A stretch of 64,000 nt of DNA from Rhynchopus sp. YZ270_cl-10 (GCA_964035575.1 OZ037843.1:372001-436000), one strand, 5' to 3'; shown: positions 20,792 through 33,694, counted from the stretch's first letter. A program made the numbers and translations. The notes: generated from the sequence alone by a model not told the origin.

Positions 20792-23026
20792 GAGAAAAGT
20801 TCGATTTCGGCCTCGAAAATACCCGTGACACCGATTTGTCACGGTACTTTGTCACGGAATTTTTTTGAAAGATTCGATTTCGTGACAAAAAAAAATCGAT
20901 TTCGTGACAAGCCGATTTTTTCATTGACACACAAAATTCAATTTAGTGACAAATGACTTTTTTCATTGACAAAAAAAAATTCGATTTCGTGACAAATCCA
21001 TTTTTTCATTGACAAAAAAATGTCATTGAAAAAAATGGAATTTGTCAAGGAAAAAGTCGTGACAGCCAACCCGCCAGTCACTGAAAAGTGACCAGACAGC
21101 CACTTGACAAACACAAAAGAGGCCATTCTTGAGCTGTCTAGAAACCGAAGGGCAGAGACTGAAGACACAAGGTATGATAACTTTATGATTATGCAAGACT
21201 TAGTATATCGCGAACACGGTCAGGCTTGCACGCCTCTGGCCAGAGGCCAGCCCCACTAAATGATATGCAGCAGACACTCATTGCAGATTTCATTTTCATT
21301 CGGTAAAAAATTAATGGGTGCGCACGTTTCTATACCTAATACCCCAACCCTCACCCATACATTCCATTACACACACCAAAACAGATCGAATCCACCAGCG
21401 CATGCGACGGAAGCAGATTCAGATTGTGGTTTGATAAGCAGAGTTCGGTTATTATGGTGGTGGAAAGGGGGGTGGGAACACTTTGTCAGTCACTGCTATA
21501 GCCATTAACCAGGGAGCATAGCTAGTGCAAGAAATTCGACTTTGGAAACCTTCCGGAAAGTCTGTCCTCTGCTTCCGGAGGACTAGACACAAGAAAATAT
21601 TGTTTGTTCCCCCAGAAAACCAGTGCACAATTCACACTCCTTGTGGGTGGTCTTGTTGCCTTTTCGTCATAGTAATTTTGGCCCAGGCATGTTCTTGAAG
21701 CATGACAATTTAGTGTGTATGGGGCAGGGTGTTGTTTTGTTCTGAATTCTCTTTGTTATAACATCTAAGTCAATCGCGGGTGGTGGTTTGTGTAGCGTGA
21801 GGCACTCTTTTTAACAAACTTCCTGCAGTTGCTATGCACTGTTATTTCTTCGGATTTATCATCATACAGCGTAACATAGTGGATTCGCCTGGTCGACACA
21901 ACCTTTGATAGATATGGGATAACCAACCCCCTTCGACCCCTCGTGGGTTCACTGAACAAGCCCTAGTGGTAGTTAAACGCGATTGACATTTACATTCCTA
22001 GAGATGAAAGAACAAGATAACACTTCTGTACCCGCGCATCAAAATTGTGGAAAACTTTGCACCCCAAACACCCTCAACAACGCCCGCCAAAAGGCGCCCC
22101 TTGTTGCTGGGAGTTGGTTCTCATGTTTGATACACTGCACAGCAGGCATTCCTCTGAGTCCAACGCATGTTTGGCCTGTCTGCGGCGTTGTACTTAAGGT
22201 GCACGAAGACAGGGTCTGGTGGTAAATTTTGCGTAGTACTGCGACGTGGTACTACGTGGGTCTGGGAACCTGGTACCTGGGTACAGGATATTTGTTGTCA
22301 AAGACATCTTCCACCATGCATTGAGGAGGGTAAGACAGTGTTCGCAGTTTCTACCTGATAGCATTACACATTTAACTTCTCCACGGGGGTCTTGGGCCGT
22401 TCATTCGGTTATACCTTGACTACCGGAAGATATTCTTGAGGCCTTTTTGGTCTCTAGAATATCCGGTCTTCCCGAACGGAGGCACACTTTGTGTGTTACT
22501 ACGACCTGGCAATTTCCAGCAGTAGGTTAAGTAATCTTTCTTGTAAATTGTTGGATCATTATCTCCTCAGTGCATGAATGCCCCACGTGACTGGACACTT
22601 TTGTGTTTGTCATGTGGAGCTGTGGTTGCTCTTTCACGACTTTTATCCTTGTATCCAGTGTACCCAGTACCCAGTGCCCTGTCACGACTTTTTCCGTGAC
22701 AAAAAGTTTGGTTTCCTTGACAAAATCCATTTCTGTCACGACTTTTTCCGTGACAAAAAGTTCGGTTTCCTTGACAAAATCCATTTTTTCATTGACATTT
22801 TTTTGTCACTGAATTTTTGGATTTGTCACGAAATCGAATTTTTTTTTGTCAATGAAAAAATCGGTTTGTCACGAAATCGAATTTTGTGTGTCAATGAAAA
22901 AATTGGTTTGTCACGAAATCGATTTTTTTTTGTCACGAAATCGAATCTTTCAAAAAAATTCCGTGACAAAATTCCGTGACAAATCGGTGTCACGGTAATT
23001 TTCGAGGCCGAAATCGAACTTTTCTC
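20792..23026. mobile_element. 2235-bp non-autonomous Mutator/foldback-like element, copy 1
   Basis: ~250-bp TIRs starting GAGAAAAGTTCGATTTCGGCCTCGAAAAT and built of (G/T)TGACAAA subrepeats. At least 9 A on both flanks. No long ORF. Same length and ORF track as 41971-44205. Confidence 0.85.
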
Positions 23027-24062
23027 AAAAAAAAATGAAGTTGGTGATGGCAGGCACTTCTGACTGACCTACGCACGATACCAGCCCCCAGAAGCACAAG
23101 AAAAAAAGAGGGGAGAAAAGGGGGGAGAGGAGGAAAGAGAACAAAAACAACAAGCACACACGCCACACTGATAAAACAGGAAAATAGTATTTGTAACATA
23201 TACACTCAAATGAAGTGAAAGTACAGGTACAGGGAACAAAAAAAATGTTCCCCCTTTTTTTCCCAGGAAAATAAAACAAAAAAAAATCACATAAATTATC
23301 ACAGAAAAACAAAAAAGAAAATTTTGTAAGATTGTGCTTTTCGTGCACATTCATCTTTACGACTATCGTTATCGCGCTAGGAACACGCAGAATATTTGAA
23401 GATGGTTTTTTTTTTTTTCTCTTCATCACAAAGATAGCTGTTCGGGGTTCCATCAAAAAAATGATCACCATGAAACACAGAAAATTAACTTGAAAAACAA
23501 AGAAAAGCGTTCTCGTGAACAGTGCACCTTCGTACACTGACCGGGCTAGGGGTTGGGGTAGGGGGGAGCTGCTCATACAACGACATCTGTCATGAAAATA
23601 CATGAAAAGCACATAAAGCGTTAGCAATAACTGCTTGCCAAGTGTGCTTGTCAATGACATGGCAAATCTCGTTGTCTACTTCATTTGTGGTAGGGCATGT
23701 TCGGAAGGTTGGTCAGACCAAGGCTTTTGTTTAGTTTTGCTTTTTTCCTCTCAAAACAAAATGGATTTGGTAGACAAAAAAAATATTATTGACATCAGAA
23801 AAACAATGGTTAGCTTATTTGATGCGGGTGCTCTCCAACTGACTGTGCAGCTGAAAGCACAAAAAAAAAATTTAAAAGATGAACCTAAGTCTCATGCCTA
23901 GTCTGATTAGATTACTCTTTGGTTTATTCATCAGGCCTCATGCTTAGTCACCTTGAAGAAAAAAAAACAAAGAAAGTTTATAAGATGATCCTGAGCCTCT
24001 CGTGCTTAGCCACCTTGTCCAAAAAAATGACGTTGCTATTTTATTTTTCTCTTCCCTTTCCT

Positions 24063-25724
24063 CTATTTCGCACCATTCTCACGAGGGATCATCTTCATCA
24101 TCAGCTGCTCCTTTTGGTTCACCTTATCCCACACAGGGACGATGAACTGGTCACCATAGGTGTACGCCTCTTCATTCACCGTCACTGGTGTGAAATGCTG
24201 CAGAATCGTTGCTGTCACTGTGGTGGACTGGAACAACGCCATGTCCCTCCCTAGGCACTGCCGCCTACCTCCTTTGAACATTGGGAACTCAAATGGGCTG
24301 GGCATTTTGAAAGGTATCCAACGCTCGGGTTTGAACTCAAGAACGTCGTCCCCGTAGATCTCCTTAGAGCGTCCCATGGCATATGTTGGGATTGTGATTT
24401 GCGTTCCAATGGGGATAACGACGCCGTCAGGGAAGGTGTCTTCTTGCTTTGAAACGAGCTCCAATTTTGCAACAAAGGGGTGAAGGCGCATGGCCTCCCA
24501 AAGGCACCCACGGAGATACGGCATTTCGTTGATATCATCATAGGTGGGTGTGGCACCACCAAGGACGGTATCGATTTCTTCGGTGACAGTGGCAAGGATG
24601 GCTTTGTGGTCGGAACGTCCTAGGCGGTAGAATAACCACGCGAGGGTGCCAGCAGTGGAGTCCCGCCCTGCGCTAATGAAGTTGATCACCATGTCAACCA
24701 GGTCCGAATCGGAAAATTTTTCTTCCTTTGCCATTTTGACGAAAATCGCGAGCATGTCGTTGTCGTGCGTTGCTGTCCCCTCGGCAAGCTCCTTTCTCTT
24801 CTTGTCTACATGGAACTGCGCGAAGGTTCTCATATCCTTCGAATGTTTCTTTAAGTTGTCAAAATGAGGGCTGTTCCGCTCGATCAGATACTTCTGCGCG
24901 AATGCACCAACGCTTTCTGGGAGCAACTCCCTCAGCATCAACGCATCCAGATGGTAGTATATAGTTGCAAAGGCTTCAATCCTGCATCCATCAAAAGCGA
25001 CTCCAAAGCCAGGATCCGCCCCTTTCATGATATTAAGATCACACCCAAACGCCATTTTCCCAAAACAATCCATCGTCAACGCAAGAAGCCAATGCTGGAA
25101 GTCATACACATTATCCCCTTTCGGTCCAGATTCACGGCGAAGATGGCCGATCAGCTCATCGGTAGCTTCTTGGAATGACGCTTGGTAGGATGTCTTAAAG
25201 AGCTCTCTGGTGAAGATCATGGCGCCGGTACGACGTTGGACGTGCCACATTCTGCCGCCGTCTGCAGGGCGTTCTGCGTGGGGTCCGTGGTCGACTGTGA
25301 AAATGGCGTTCCCCAAAAAATAGAGGATTGGCTCTAAAAAGCGCCCACCAGGTGCAGATAGCGTCCAGGTGTCGAATTTGTCTTGGAGAAGGTGTTTTAC
25401 AAGACCTGGGTCGCCGGTGACCAGTTCGTTGCGTGTGCCAGAGACATTGTGGAAGAACCGGGGTGCTAAAATTGTGGTGCAAAGCTTCCCTTTCGCGATA
25501 CAGTATTTGTCGATGTTATCTTTGTACCAGTCGGAATGCACAGAGTGGAATTCCCCCTTCTGACGGGCGTTGCCCCAGATGTATTCTACGGGCGGGCCTT
25601 CATAGGCGCTGAGCATGCGGTAGTTGCGTTTCTGATCCATGGCCACGTGGATGGCCTTGTAGATGACAGATGCAAGCAGAAGCCCGGCAAGCCCCAGCAC
25701 ACAAAGACATAACTCAAATAACAT
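24063..25724 (-). CDS. Cytochrome P450 (resembles CYP86/CYP704-type fatty-acid hydroxylases), 553 aa
   Basis: N-terminal TM anchor, I-helix AGRDST, ExxR (EAMR), PERW, heme motif FKGGRRQCLG. Confidence 0.93.
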   Translation of the reverse strand: MLFELCLCVLGLAGLLLASVIYKAIHVAMDQKRNYRMLSAYEGPPVEYIWGNARQKGEFHSVHSDWYKDNIDKYCIAKGKLCTTILAPRFFHNVSGTRNELVTGDPGLVKHLLQDKFDTWTLSAPGGRFLEPILYFLGNAIFTVDHGPHAERPADGGRMWHVQRRTGAMIFTRELFKTSYQASFQEATDELIGHLRRESGPKGDNVYDFQHWLLALTMDCFGKMAFGCDLNIMKGADPGFGVAFDGCRIEAFATIYYHLDALMLRELLPESVGAFAQKYLIERNSPHFDNLKKHSKDMRTFAQFHVDKKRKELAEGTATHDNDMLAIFVKMAKEEKFSDSDLVDMVINFISAGRDSTAGTLAWLFYRLGRSDHKAILATVTEEIDTVLGGATPTYDDINEMPYLRGCLWEAMRLHPFVAKLELVSKQEDTFPDGVVIPIGTQITIPTYAMGRSKEIYGDDVLEFKPERWIPFKMPSPFEFPMFKGGRRQCLGRDMALFQSTTVTATILQHFTPVTVNEEAYTYGDQFIVPVWDKVNQKEQLMMKMIPRENGAK

Positions 25725-26533
25725 TGTGGCTTTAAAAAATCTGGATAGAATTGAGGAGAAGTGTGAAGGAAATTAAAAAGGGGGGGGGGTTAAATATGTG
25801 CAATATATCATCCAAAATCTGCCTGAAACGCCCAACTTTGGTCTGGTTTTTAAGATGTCCATTTTTCACTAAAATACCCCGGGAATTGAATATTTCGAAA
25901 CCGCGCTTTCAAAATAAAATTAAAAAATCCCAAAAAAGAATAATAAACCATCAATGGCCTGACGGAGCCCAGACGCGCAGACACTCGAATAGCTGATAAC
26001 ACCAAAAAAAGGAGTGGAGTATCATAGTACTCTTAAGAACTGAAGGCGAGCGGGACACAAGCGAGTCCTATACAAAAATGATGGATACCACTGGCTACAG
26101 TAAGACGCCTTGTCCTGAGAGTAGTGACTGTAAAGCCACTTCACACAAACACAAAAATATTGCAATTAATGAAGAAGACAACAAAACCCTTGAGAGCAGC
26201 TTGAGGACACCCTGCACACAGTGCCACAGCCGTGCGGAACGCTCTCCAGGAGTGACACTGCGTCACTCACACGACCCTGCGGGGCGTGTCAGATGCAGAG
26301 GACCACTGATCCGTGTGGGTGCAATCGTGCATCCCCACATCTCAAGGCAAACTAAAGTACAAAAACAAATTAAGATTAAACGGAAACACCACCCAAAACA
26401 ATACAACAAGAATACAGTGCATGTGAGGTGTGCACTGGCGCTTCATGGAGACGAAACACACACGACACAAACATAAGTGCACATGAATGTGAAAACATTA
26501 CGCTGCACAGAACAATAACAATGAAACACAAAC

Positions 26534-29146
26534 TCAGTGCATTACCACAACGAACGGTGCATAAGCCTTCTGCCGCACATAGCCAGTAAGCTCTTCGTAA
26601 GGTGCGCGTTGGTCCTGAGCGACGCTGTCCAGCAGAGAAGACGCCTTCTCAAAGTCCTGTTTGATGATGTGCTCGAAGACCTCGTTCCACAGTGCGTGCG
26701 GGTTGTTTGAGGCAGACTCCAGCTGGTACATCCACTCCTCGTTTTCGCTGCTGCACAGACCCTTCACAGCAAACACAGTCTGCACCTTGTCACTCAACTT
26801 CTCGTACAGCACAGCACCTGCACACTGGAGCACCACCTGTCCCTCAGCCTCACGTGATACGGTAAGGTCGATGACACCAGGCAGGTTCTCCTTCTTGTTC
26901 CAACGCTCAAGCACAACCACCCACGACATGGACTGCGAAAGAATCGACACCTTCTTCATCCCGTTGCAACCCATGTTCCCAACACGTGCCTCGCCTGTCG
27001 TGCATCCATACGAGATCTTGTGCACATCGCCAAGTTCTGATGCTACTTCGTGTGCAGCCTTCACACAGGCAACACCGTGCGACGACTTCGGAACAAAGGC
27101 GTTGAAGGTGGCAAGCATCTTGTCGCCAGAAAACGTGTCGCACACACCCTTGTTGTGCTGCACTGCTGTCAGCATCCTCTCAATCACACCTGCGTGTGCG
27201 GAGAGCACCTCTGCGTCCTTGTGCTTCTTGCAGAAGGCGTGCCACGACACGACGTTCATGTGTGCCAGCGACACCTTCTTCTTCTTCATCCCTTCCACAC
27301 GCAGCAGTGCCTTCTGGTTCTGCACAACGACGGAGCTAGAACTCGCACGCGAGCGGGACACGCCTGACAGCGACGTCGTCTCCGGTGAGGACTTTGTCTT
27401 GGATATTTCCTCCTCCTCTTTGTCACTGTCGTTGACAAGCACACTCTGCGGCATGTAGTTTCGGTACTCCACCAGGTTCGCCACCATGGTAACAAAGCTG
27501 CGCTGCATCATCCCCACTTCACTCAGCTGCGACACTGCACGGCCCGTGTCCACAGCCTCCAGGTCCATCACAGCCACACTTGCCATCTCACTCCCAAGCT
27601 TCAGCAGAGGTGACGTGATGTAACGTGTGAACACAACAGCAATGGCAAGAAGTCCGATCACCGCAACAGCCGTCACAATCACCATCACAGTCACCGCATC
27701 CTCCTTCTGTGCGTCTGCAGAGGACAGATCTGATGCCACCTTCGCACGGATTGCATTCGTCGACGCATCAATCGTATCCATCACAGACGCCCGAGGCACA
27801 AGAAGGGTTGAATACCAGAAGATCGTTCTGTGTTCGATTTTCGACGTGATTGTCCAGAACTCCGTGCCGTTCGAGTCAGACCACTTCAGGAAGGAGTCCT
27901 CTGTCTTCTCCACAAGGTCTTTGTAATTCTGCGGGTGTGTGAACACAAACCGCCCGTGCTCTGCAATCACTGAGGGGATGTGCGACGTCGCGTCTTCCAT
28001 CGAGTGGTTCGTGATGTTGAAGCTGTATGCAGCGTATGCCAGGACGCCCACCAAATCAATTTCTTGTACCATCCTCAGCTCCCGTCCTCTGTTGTACGCA
28101 ACAAGTGTCCCCACTGCACCAGACACACGATCGTCCTCCACCAGGTACAGCGACGTGCCCTTCGGGAGCAGCTGTGCACGCACCACTGCGGTTACCCCAC
28201 GCCCAGTCACACCGGCGATGACAGAACCAACACGCTTGCCCTGCTTGGGGTACATCGTGTACATATCTGGGTGGGTGAAGGTGTAGCTCAGCTCCCACGC
28301 CATGTGGTCCCAGCGGACCAGAGCGGGTCCGTAGACAAGCGTCTCGGCAGGGTGCAGTGGTGGCTCATCGGCACCCAAGAATTGGAGCTCACGTCCACGG
28401 GAGAAATAGGGATCGGAACCTGGGGGTTCGAGAAACATTATGGGGTAGATGCACACTCCCATGACCTCGCCTTTGTTGTAGTCTGGCTGCTGGTTGCACG
28501 GCTCTGAAGGGTACTTCAAGGCACCCAGGTCGTCCACTTCGGAAAAGACGACCATGTCCGAGTGCCCTGGCTGCTTTGTCACCGCGTCTAACAGCTCAAA
28601 TATATAGAAATTCTTCACACCCTTCATCGGCCCACGGTCGGCCGTTGGAGCCTCGACTAACGAGAACCGCGAGCCCCACCCTGCGAACCCTTCCCACCTC
28701 TTCCACGGAACAGGATGCACCGCACTCCACGGGTACGCTTCGAAGCCTATGAAGGCAATGCCAGAGTCCACACCAGCCTGAAAAGCGGACAGGGCTGCAG
28801 GACGCATTATTGTGCGAGAAAAGTCGGGGTTCGTGGTGACGTTTGGGTGGTGTGCCTTCGCCAAGTTGACAAGAGATATCACCAACTGCTCAGGCACCTT
28901 CAGGTACTCCTTCACTGCCGTGTCCACGTTGCCAAGAACAGAGCGCAGGTAGCGTGCCGAGACCGTTTCGATGTCCGCCGTACCACTGTCGAGACACATC
29001 CCGAAGCCCTCGTCACCTGTGTCACGTGCCTTCTCCAGAAGGTCGTCCCATGTTGACAGAGTGAAGCCACCGATGATCGCACCTGTCGACAGAATCAGCA
29101 CCACACACAGCAGTATTGTCAGCGACTGGATGCCACATGCCACCAT
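26534..29146 (-). CDS. Receptor-type class III nucleotide cyclase-like protein A1 (TM-ectodomain-TM-HAMP-like-degenerate cyclase), 870 aa
   Basis: N-terminal TM; second TM VTVMVIVTAVAVIGLLAIAVVF; HAMP-like ITSPLLKL...SEVGMMQRSF; cyclase-like DTFSGDKMLATFN and ARVGNMG; EEWMYQL tail. Confidence 0.85.
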   Translation of the reverse strand: MVACGIQSLTILLCVVLILSTGAIIGGFTLSTWDDLLEKARDTGDEGFGMCLDSGTADIETVSARYLRSVLGNVDTAVKEYLKVPEQLVISLVNLAKAHHPNVTTNPDFSRTIMRPAALSAFQAGVDSGIAFIGFEAYPWSAVHPVPWKRWEGFAGWGSRFSLVEAPTADRGPMKGVKNFYIFELLDAVTKQPGHSDMVVFSEVDDLGALKYPSEPCNQQPDYNKGEVMGVCIYPIMFLEPPGSDPYFSRGRELQFLGADEPPLHPAETLVYGPALVRWDHMAWELSYTFTHPDMYTMYPKQGKRVGSVIAGVTGRGVTAVVRAQLLPKGTSLYLVEDDRVSGAVGTLVAYNRGRELRMVQEIDLVGVLAYAAYSFNITNHSMEDATSHIPSVIAEHGRFVFTHPQNYKDLVEKTEDSFLKWSDSNGTEFWTITSKIEHRTIFWYSTLLVPRASVMDTIDASTNAIRAKVASDLSSADAQKEDAVTVMVIVTAVAVIGLLAIAVVFTRYITSPLLKLGSEMASVAVMDLEAVDTGRAVSQLSEVGMMQRSFVTMVANLVEYRNYMPQSVLVNDSDKEEEEISKTKSSPETTSLSGVSRSRASSSSVVVQNQKALLRVEGMKKKKVSLAHMNVVSWHAFCKKHKDAEVLSAHAGVIERMLTAVQHNKGVCDTFSGDKMLATFNAFVPKSSHGVACVKAAHEVASELGDVHKISYGCTTGEARVGNMGCNGMKKVSILSQSMSWVVVLERWNKKENLPGVIDLTVSREAEGQVVLQCAGAVLYEKLSDKVQTVFAVKGLCSSENEEWMYQLESASNNPHALWNEVFEHIIKQDFEKASSLLDSVAQDQRAPYEELTGYVRQKAYAPFVVVMH

Positions 29147-29437
29147 TGTTTGGAGGTGTACAGAAAGGGGAGAAAGTCTGGGGATGTGCGATGGTGTGGT
29201 GGATGCCTTGTGAGGGTAACTCTTGTGCAGGACACAGCTACTGGGGGCGGGGTCTCTTTAGGAAAAAATACGAGCAAAGCCGAAGATCGGCGAGGTAAGC
29301 GGCCATGAGGGCGAGACTGGGGAACATATTTTGGTATCGTGACAGCATAGGATGCAGAATCTCGAATGCTGTCTCAAGAACACACATTACATTCACAGTA
29401 ATGCAGCACAAAAACATAACTTAGCTTAGCAACAAAA

Positions 29438-32193
29438 TCACCGAAGATAGGAACACACAACACTGCACGTCCCAGAAGGAACTGCGTGTGCTGGTGTGCC
29501 ACTCCCACCCGCCTCCACCCACGCCTTCGCAACATCCGTGTCACGGATCTCACCACGCAGGTACCCACGCACCACTGTGTTGTAGTCCTCCCAATGCTTC
29601 TTCCCGCCTATCTGGTACATCCATTCGTCAACCACAGTTGCAACGGCTACTTCTTTCGAAACCAGCTCAGCCACAACCTCAGGTTCGCAGTCTCGAGCAA
29701 CCTCCACCTTGCACGGAAGCAGACGCAGGTTGTGTTCGCACTCAGCGTCGCTGAAGCACATCCTGTTGCAGACAACGTCACACCCCAGCATACGTCCTGC
29801 ACGTTCCATCCCATGCACATCACGCACAAGTGTCCCCACCATGCTGAAGCGGCGCATCACATCACAACCCATGTCGCCACGCCCATTGCAACACCCACGT
29901 TCACAGAGGCTGCCAGGCCAGCTCTCATGAGCATGCTTGCTGCGTGCAGTGCTGAGGTTGCGTGCGACACACACGGCTTCGACGCGTTGAACGAGCAGTG
30001 GATCCTGTCCCCAACAAAGACGTCCACCATCCCACGTCTGCTGTCTGTTGCCTGCAGGGTCTTCAGAAGAACAGATGTGAAGAGGTCGGAGAAGAGTGCA
30101 CTGTCCTCCTCCAGGCGGTGCAGTATGTCTTTGATGTTCAGTGTCAGCAGTGTTGCCTTTGTGGACGAGAGATCCAGTGTCAGAGCTACACGTGCACAGG
30201 CAACTTGCGAAGACTGCTACGAAGACTTCGTCTCGGTGCCTCCGCTCGTCTCTGTCGACGCTTCCCCCGACGTCGACGGTACTGCACTCCCGTCGTCACA
30301 CTCATCCTCATAAGGCAGACACGTCTGCGGGAGGTACGCCTTGTACACACGCAGGTTCTGCTCCAACTTCCGCAGCGCTGTCGTCATCCCCTCAGGCAGC
30401 TCACCACCGTGCTCTTCCAGCAGCTCCGCCACCTTCTCCACATCATACCCAGCCAGGAGCATTGCGATCTCTTGCACTGTGTTGATGGTGCACTTCATTG
30501 TTGCCTACTCCTTCAGGATATCACGTGCAAACCCTCTGGTCACGTAGAAGTCGAGAAGGAAAGTGAAGTTATTAATGCAGGCACCTCCGACTGACCCACT
30601 TATGATGCCAGCCATCCGGATGAAAGCACAAGTACCCTGCGGCCAACAACAGAAGATGTAAAAAGGAAACCTAATGACTGGCCCGTACCGTAAGAGAACG
30701 AGGGCGGTTCACAACCGCTCGACAGCCGGCGGCCCACCTTCCGTTGAAGAGGTGTGAGCTTACAGGTACTGCAGTTCGCTGCACCCAACGCTTGATGCAC
30801 GATAGTCTACACAAGAGAGCAGAAACCCAAAAACACAAAAAGGGGTGGGCGGGGGGGTCACAACATCTCTCTCTTGGCGCCCCATGCTGTACCGACAGTT
30901 GGGCCTCACCCTTTCTCTTAGGGATATACATGGACGTCCTTACAGGCAGCACACCGTAACCCAAAGGCGTGGCAGAGAGACTCCGTAGAGCGACTCTGGC
31001 CTGACCACTGGCCATTTATGCTCCGGGTGCGAGCACCCATCATAGCATAGGGGGGCCAGCCTGACCCAGCATTTATATACCCTGCCAGGGTGAACTTGCA
31101 TAAAAGAGGGCAGGGGCGTTTAGACCCTGAGGACTAGGGGAAGTCCCGCATACCCCAACAGAAAGACAAAGGCTATGCACTGGTGATATAGGAGAGGCAG
31201 GGTTGCTGAAAAACAAAAAGACCCTGAAGGCACAAAAACGCCCCGCATACCCCTCCTCGCCTCCTGTTTTGTAATCTCTCAGGTAGGAGACATCGGTTCG
31301 AGCGGTCAACACCTTCATAGAGTTTCTGGAGGAACGGACCCCCGGATGTAATTTAAGGTCGCAGACCGGGAGGTACGCCTTGTACACACGCAGGTTCTGC
31401 TCCAACTTCCGCAGCGCTGTCGTCATCCCCTCAGGCAGCTCACCACCGTGCTCTTCCTCCGCCACCTTCTCCACATCATACCCAGCCAGGAGCATTGCGA
31501 TCTCTTGCACTGTGTTGATGGTGCACTTCATTGTTGCCTGCTCCTTCAGGATATCACGTGCAAACCCTCTGGTCACGTAGAAGTCGAGAAGGAAAACACC
31601 TACACTTGTCGAAAGGTTTGGCGGTGGAAACGACCCTGTGGCGCAGGGCAGGGTGTCGCAGTCGGTCAGCTTGCGGTACGCCTCTAGCCTCCCATGCTCA
31701 CCACCCTGCGGGTTGGTCCCGGCAGGTCGAACAGCCCAAACCGGAAGCTTTGCTCCACACCAAGCACGAACAGCCATACTATCGTACAACACGCCAACGC
31801 TGTGCTGTACCGCTCCCCCACCTGCAGCACCAGAAGCATGTCAAGCATGAGGACCTGCAGCGGCCACGCAGTAGTCCCCGTCGTCCGTGAGTCAAGATCC
31901 CAGCAGAAGACTACGCCTGCTCCGACAAAAACGGCTGTGGTGAAGAATGCCTCTGGCGGACGCCGTTTGCACAAGATCAGCGACACGATGAGTGTGCCCG
32001 ACGCTATGGCAACGTACGAGCCAGCACTGTAGATGTACCGCTCTGCGAGTCTCCCACCAAACGCAACGATAAAGTACAACGGAAAAAGCGAACACATAAT
32101 GCTGAACATAAGAATCAAAAAGCGCTTCTTCCGCTCCGGTGCGTCTAGCGTCCCGTCCAGCGAGAGCATGCGGTCCAGCACGGCACACCTCAT
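29438..32193 (-). pseudogene. Disrupted family-B multi-TM cyclase-like gene
   Basis: Homologous to 61456-59769. Frameshift near 31715, ~800-bp insertion with duplication, in-frame TAG at ~30217 and a deletion near 29880. Confidence 0.88.
30563..31366 (-). mobile_element. ~800-bp non-coding retroposon-like insertion with ~230-bp target duplication
   Basis: Flanked by direct copies of host CDS (30328-30562, 31367-31595). Its end aagtgaagttattaatgcaggcacctccgactgac recurs at 34056 and, diverged, at ~38, ~3885 and ~23035. Confidence 0.7.
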
Positions 32194-32632
32194 CGTGGGT
32201 TTAAATTTTATTTTTTCTTCTTTTTTTCACAAACTCGTCTCTGAGCAAGACACCCCTCTGCCTTAAAAAAATAGAAATTGTTGTGTAGCTGTTGGTGTGG
32301 TTTTTTTCTCTTTTTTTTGTCGCCAGGTTACCTGAAAGCGCTGCCGCGATGTCGGGGAATGGCAACGGGAGGTTTGACGAATGGTGGTTGTGGCGGTGGT
32401 ACCGGTTCTGACCTTGCGGCCCAGGAGGGGGGGGTTGGCAATTCACGAGACCTACCACATAAGTGGGAAAGATACGGTAGCAACCCACCTATTCTGTCTT
32501 TTTTGTTTCGTTTCACTTATTTTTAAAAAAAATGGCATAAACTTTGAGCATTTTTTGCACATCTGTTTCACTACATGCATCGGACTGTTTACACACAACG
32601 TCTTCCCTACCCCACCCAACACGCCACTCTCT

Positions 32633-33694
32633 TCAGACCCGCTTCGAGATCTCCCTTGCCGAGATATATGCCATTGCGAGGGAGGTTAGAATCTCGCCCG
32701 CTTCAATAGCACCTTGCACCTCGCCTTGAGGGTGCTGCACGGGAGCCGCTTCACAGAGGTGGAGGTACGATGCTGTGGGTGCGGACGCAAAGCTGTGTAC
32801 ATACTGCTGTGCCTTTTCCACTGAGAGCCCTGCTGCAGTGAACGCGGAGACCGGCATCCCGGTGATACAGTCTGTGTCCAGCTCCACACCAAGCGGCCGG
32901 TCCTTCTTGACCAATCTCTCCCTCGCAGCGACGCACGCAGCGCCAAACTTCACCTCCTTCCGGACCCTCAGCGCCTGGTACGTATCATAGGTGAACCCTG
33001 CATTGTCCATTTCTACGAGGCTCGCTTCGTTGTTTTTCCCTTCGTGCAGACACATGACGTGGTAGTCTTCGAGGGTCCCATCTGTGTGAGCGTAGCGGAA
33101 TCCGTTACCACTGTGCCGCCCTTCTACCGCACGGAAGTCAGCATGCGGGTCTAGGTTGGATGCTACAACGGGGGTTCCTTTTGCGTGGCTGAGTGCTGAG
33201 AGGATTGGGTAGCAGTTGTTATGCCCTCCACCGATCACAACAGGTTCAAGCCCAGCGGAGAAGATGCTGTGCAACACCGGCGCCACTGCCAGGTCAGTTT
33301 CTTCCACAGCTCTGCGCAAGGCTGCCAGGTCGTCTCCGTCGCGTGATGGTGGTGTGATCGCACCGAGGACCATGACCCGGTCTGCAGGAAAAAATCGGTT
33401 TACCTGCAGTCGATAGAAATGAAGCAAAAAGGCCTCCCAGGCGCCGCTGGCCCCACCACGACCGAGGTTCGCTTGAGGTCCATGGTCTTCAGGGATGCCG
33501 ACAAGAACGTACCGTACACCAGCTTCGCGCGCAGAGGTCAGGCTGTCGTGCAAGCTGTGTCCTGCATCGGGCTCATGGTGACGCACCACCTGCCATGCTT
33601 TGCGTTCGCCCTCCCTACTGGGAAGCCCGGTGGGGGTGCTGCAGACAACGCGGGGCAGTGGGGACGACAACGCACGGCGCATTAAAGTGGTCAT
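32633..33694 (-). CDS. hutG: Formimidoylglutamase (arginase/ureohydrolase family), 353 aa
   Basis: LVGIPEDHGPQANLGRGGA, GGGHNNCYP, NLDPHADFR-GRHSGNGF, ELDTDCI, LHLCEAAP. Confidence 0.85.
   Translation of the reverse strand: MTTLMRRALSSPLPRVVCSTPTGLPSREGERKAWQVVRHHEPDAGHSLHDSLTSAREAGVRYVLVGIPEDHGPQANLGRGGASGAWEAFLLHFYRLQVNRFFPADRVMVLGAITPPSRDGDDLAALRRAVEETDLAVAPVLHSIFSAGLEPVVIGGGHNNCYPILSALSHAKGTPVVASNLDPHADFRAVEGRHSGNGFRYAHTDGTLEDYHVMCLHEGKNNEASLVEMDNAGFTYDTYQALRVRKEVKFGAACVAARERLVKKDRPLGVELDTDCITGMPVSAFTAAGLSVEKAQQYVHSFASAPTASYLHLCEAAPVQHPQGEVQGAIEAGEILTSLAMAYISAREISKRV

Noticed and set aside
23025..23660. 211-aa hydrophobic ORF
   Set aside because: Low-complexity Phe/Leu-rich translation of A/T tracts that overlaps repeat stubs.
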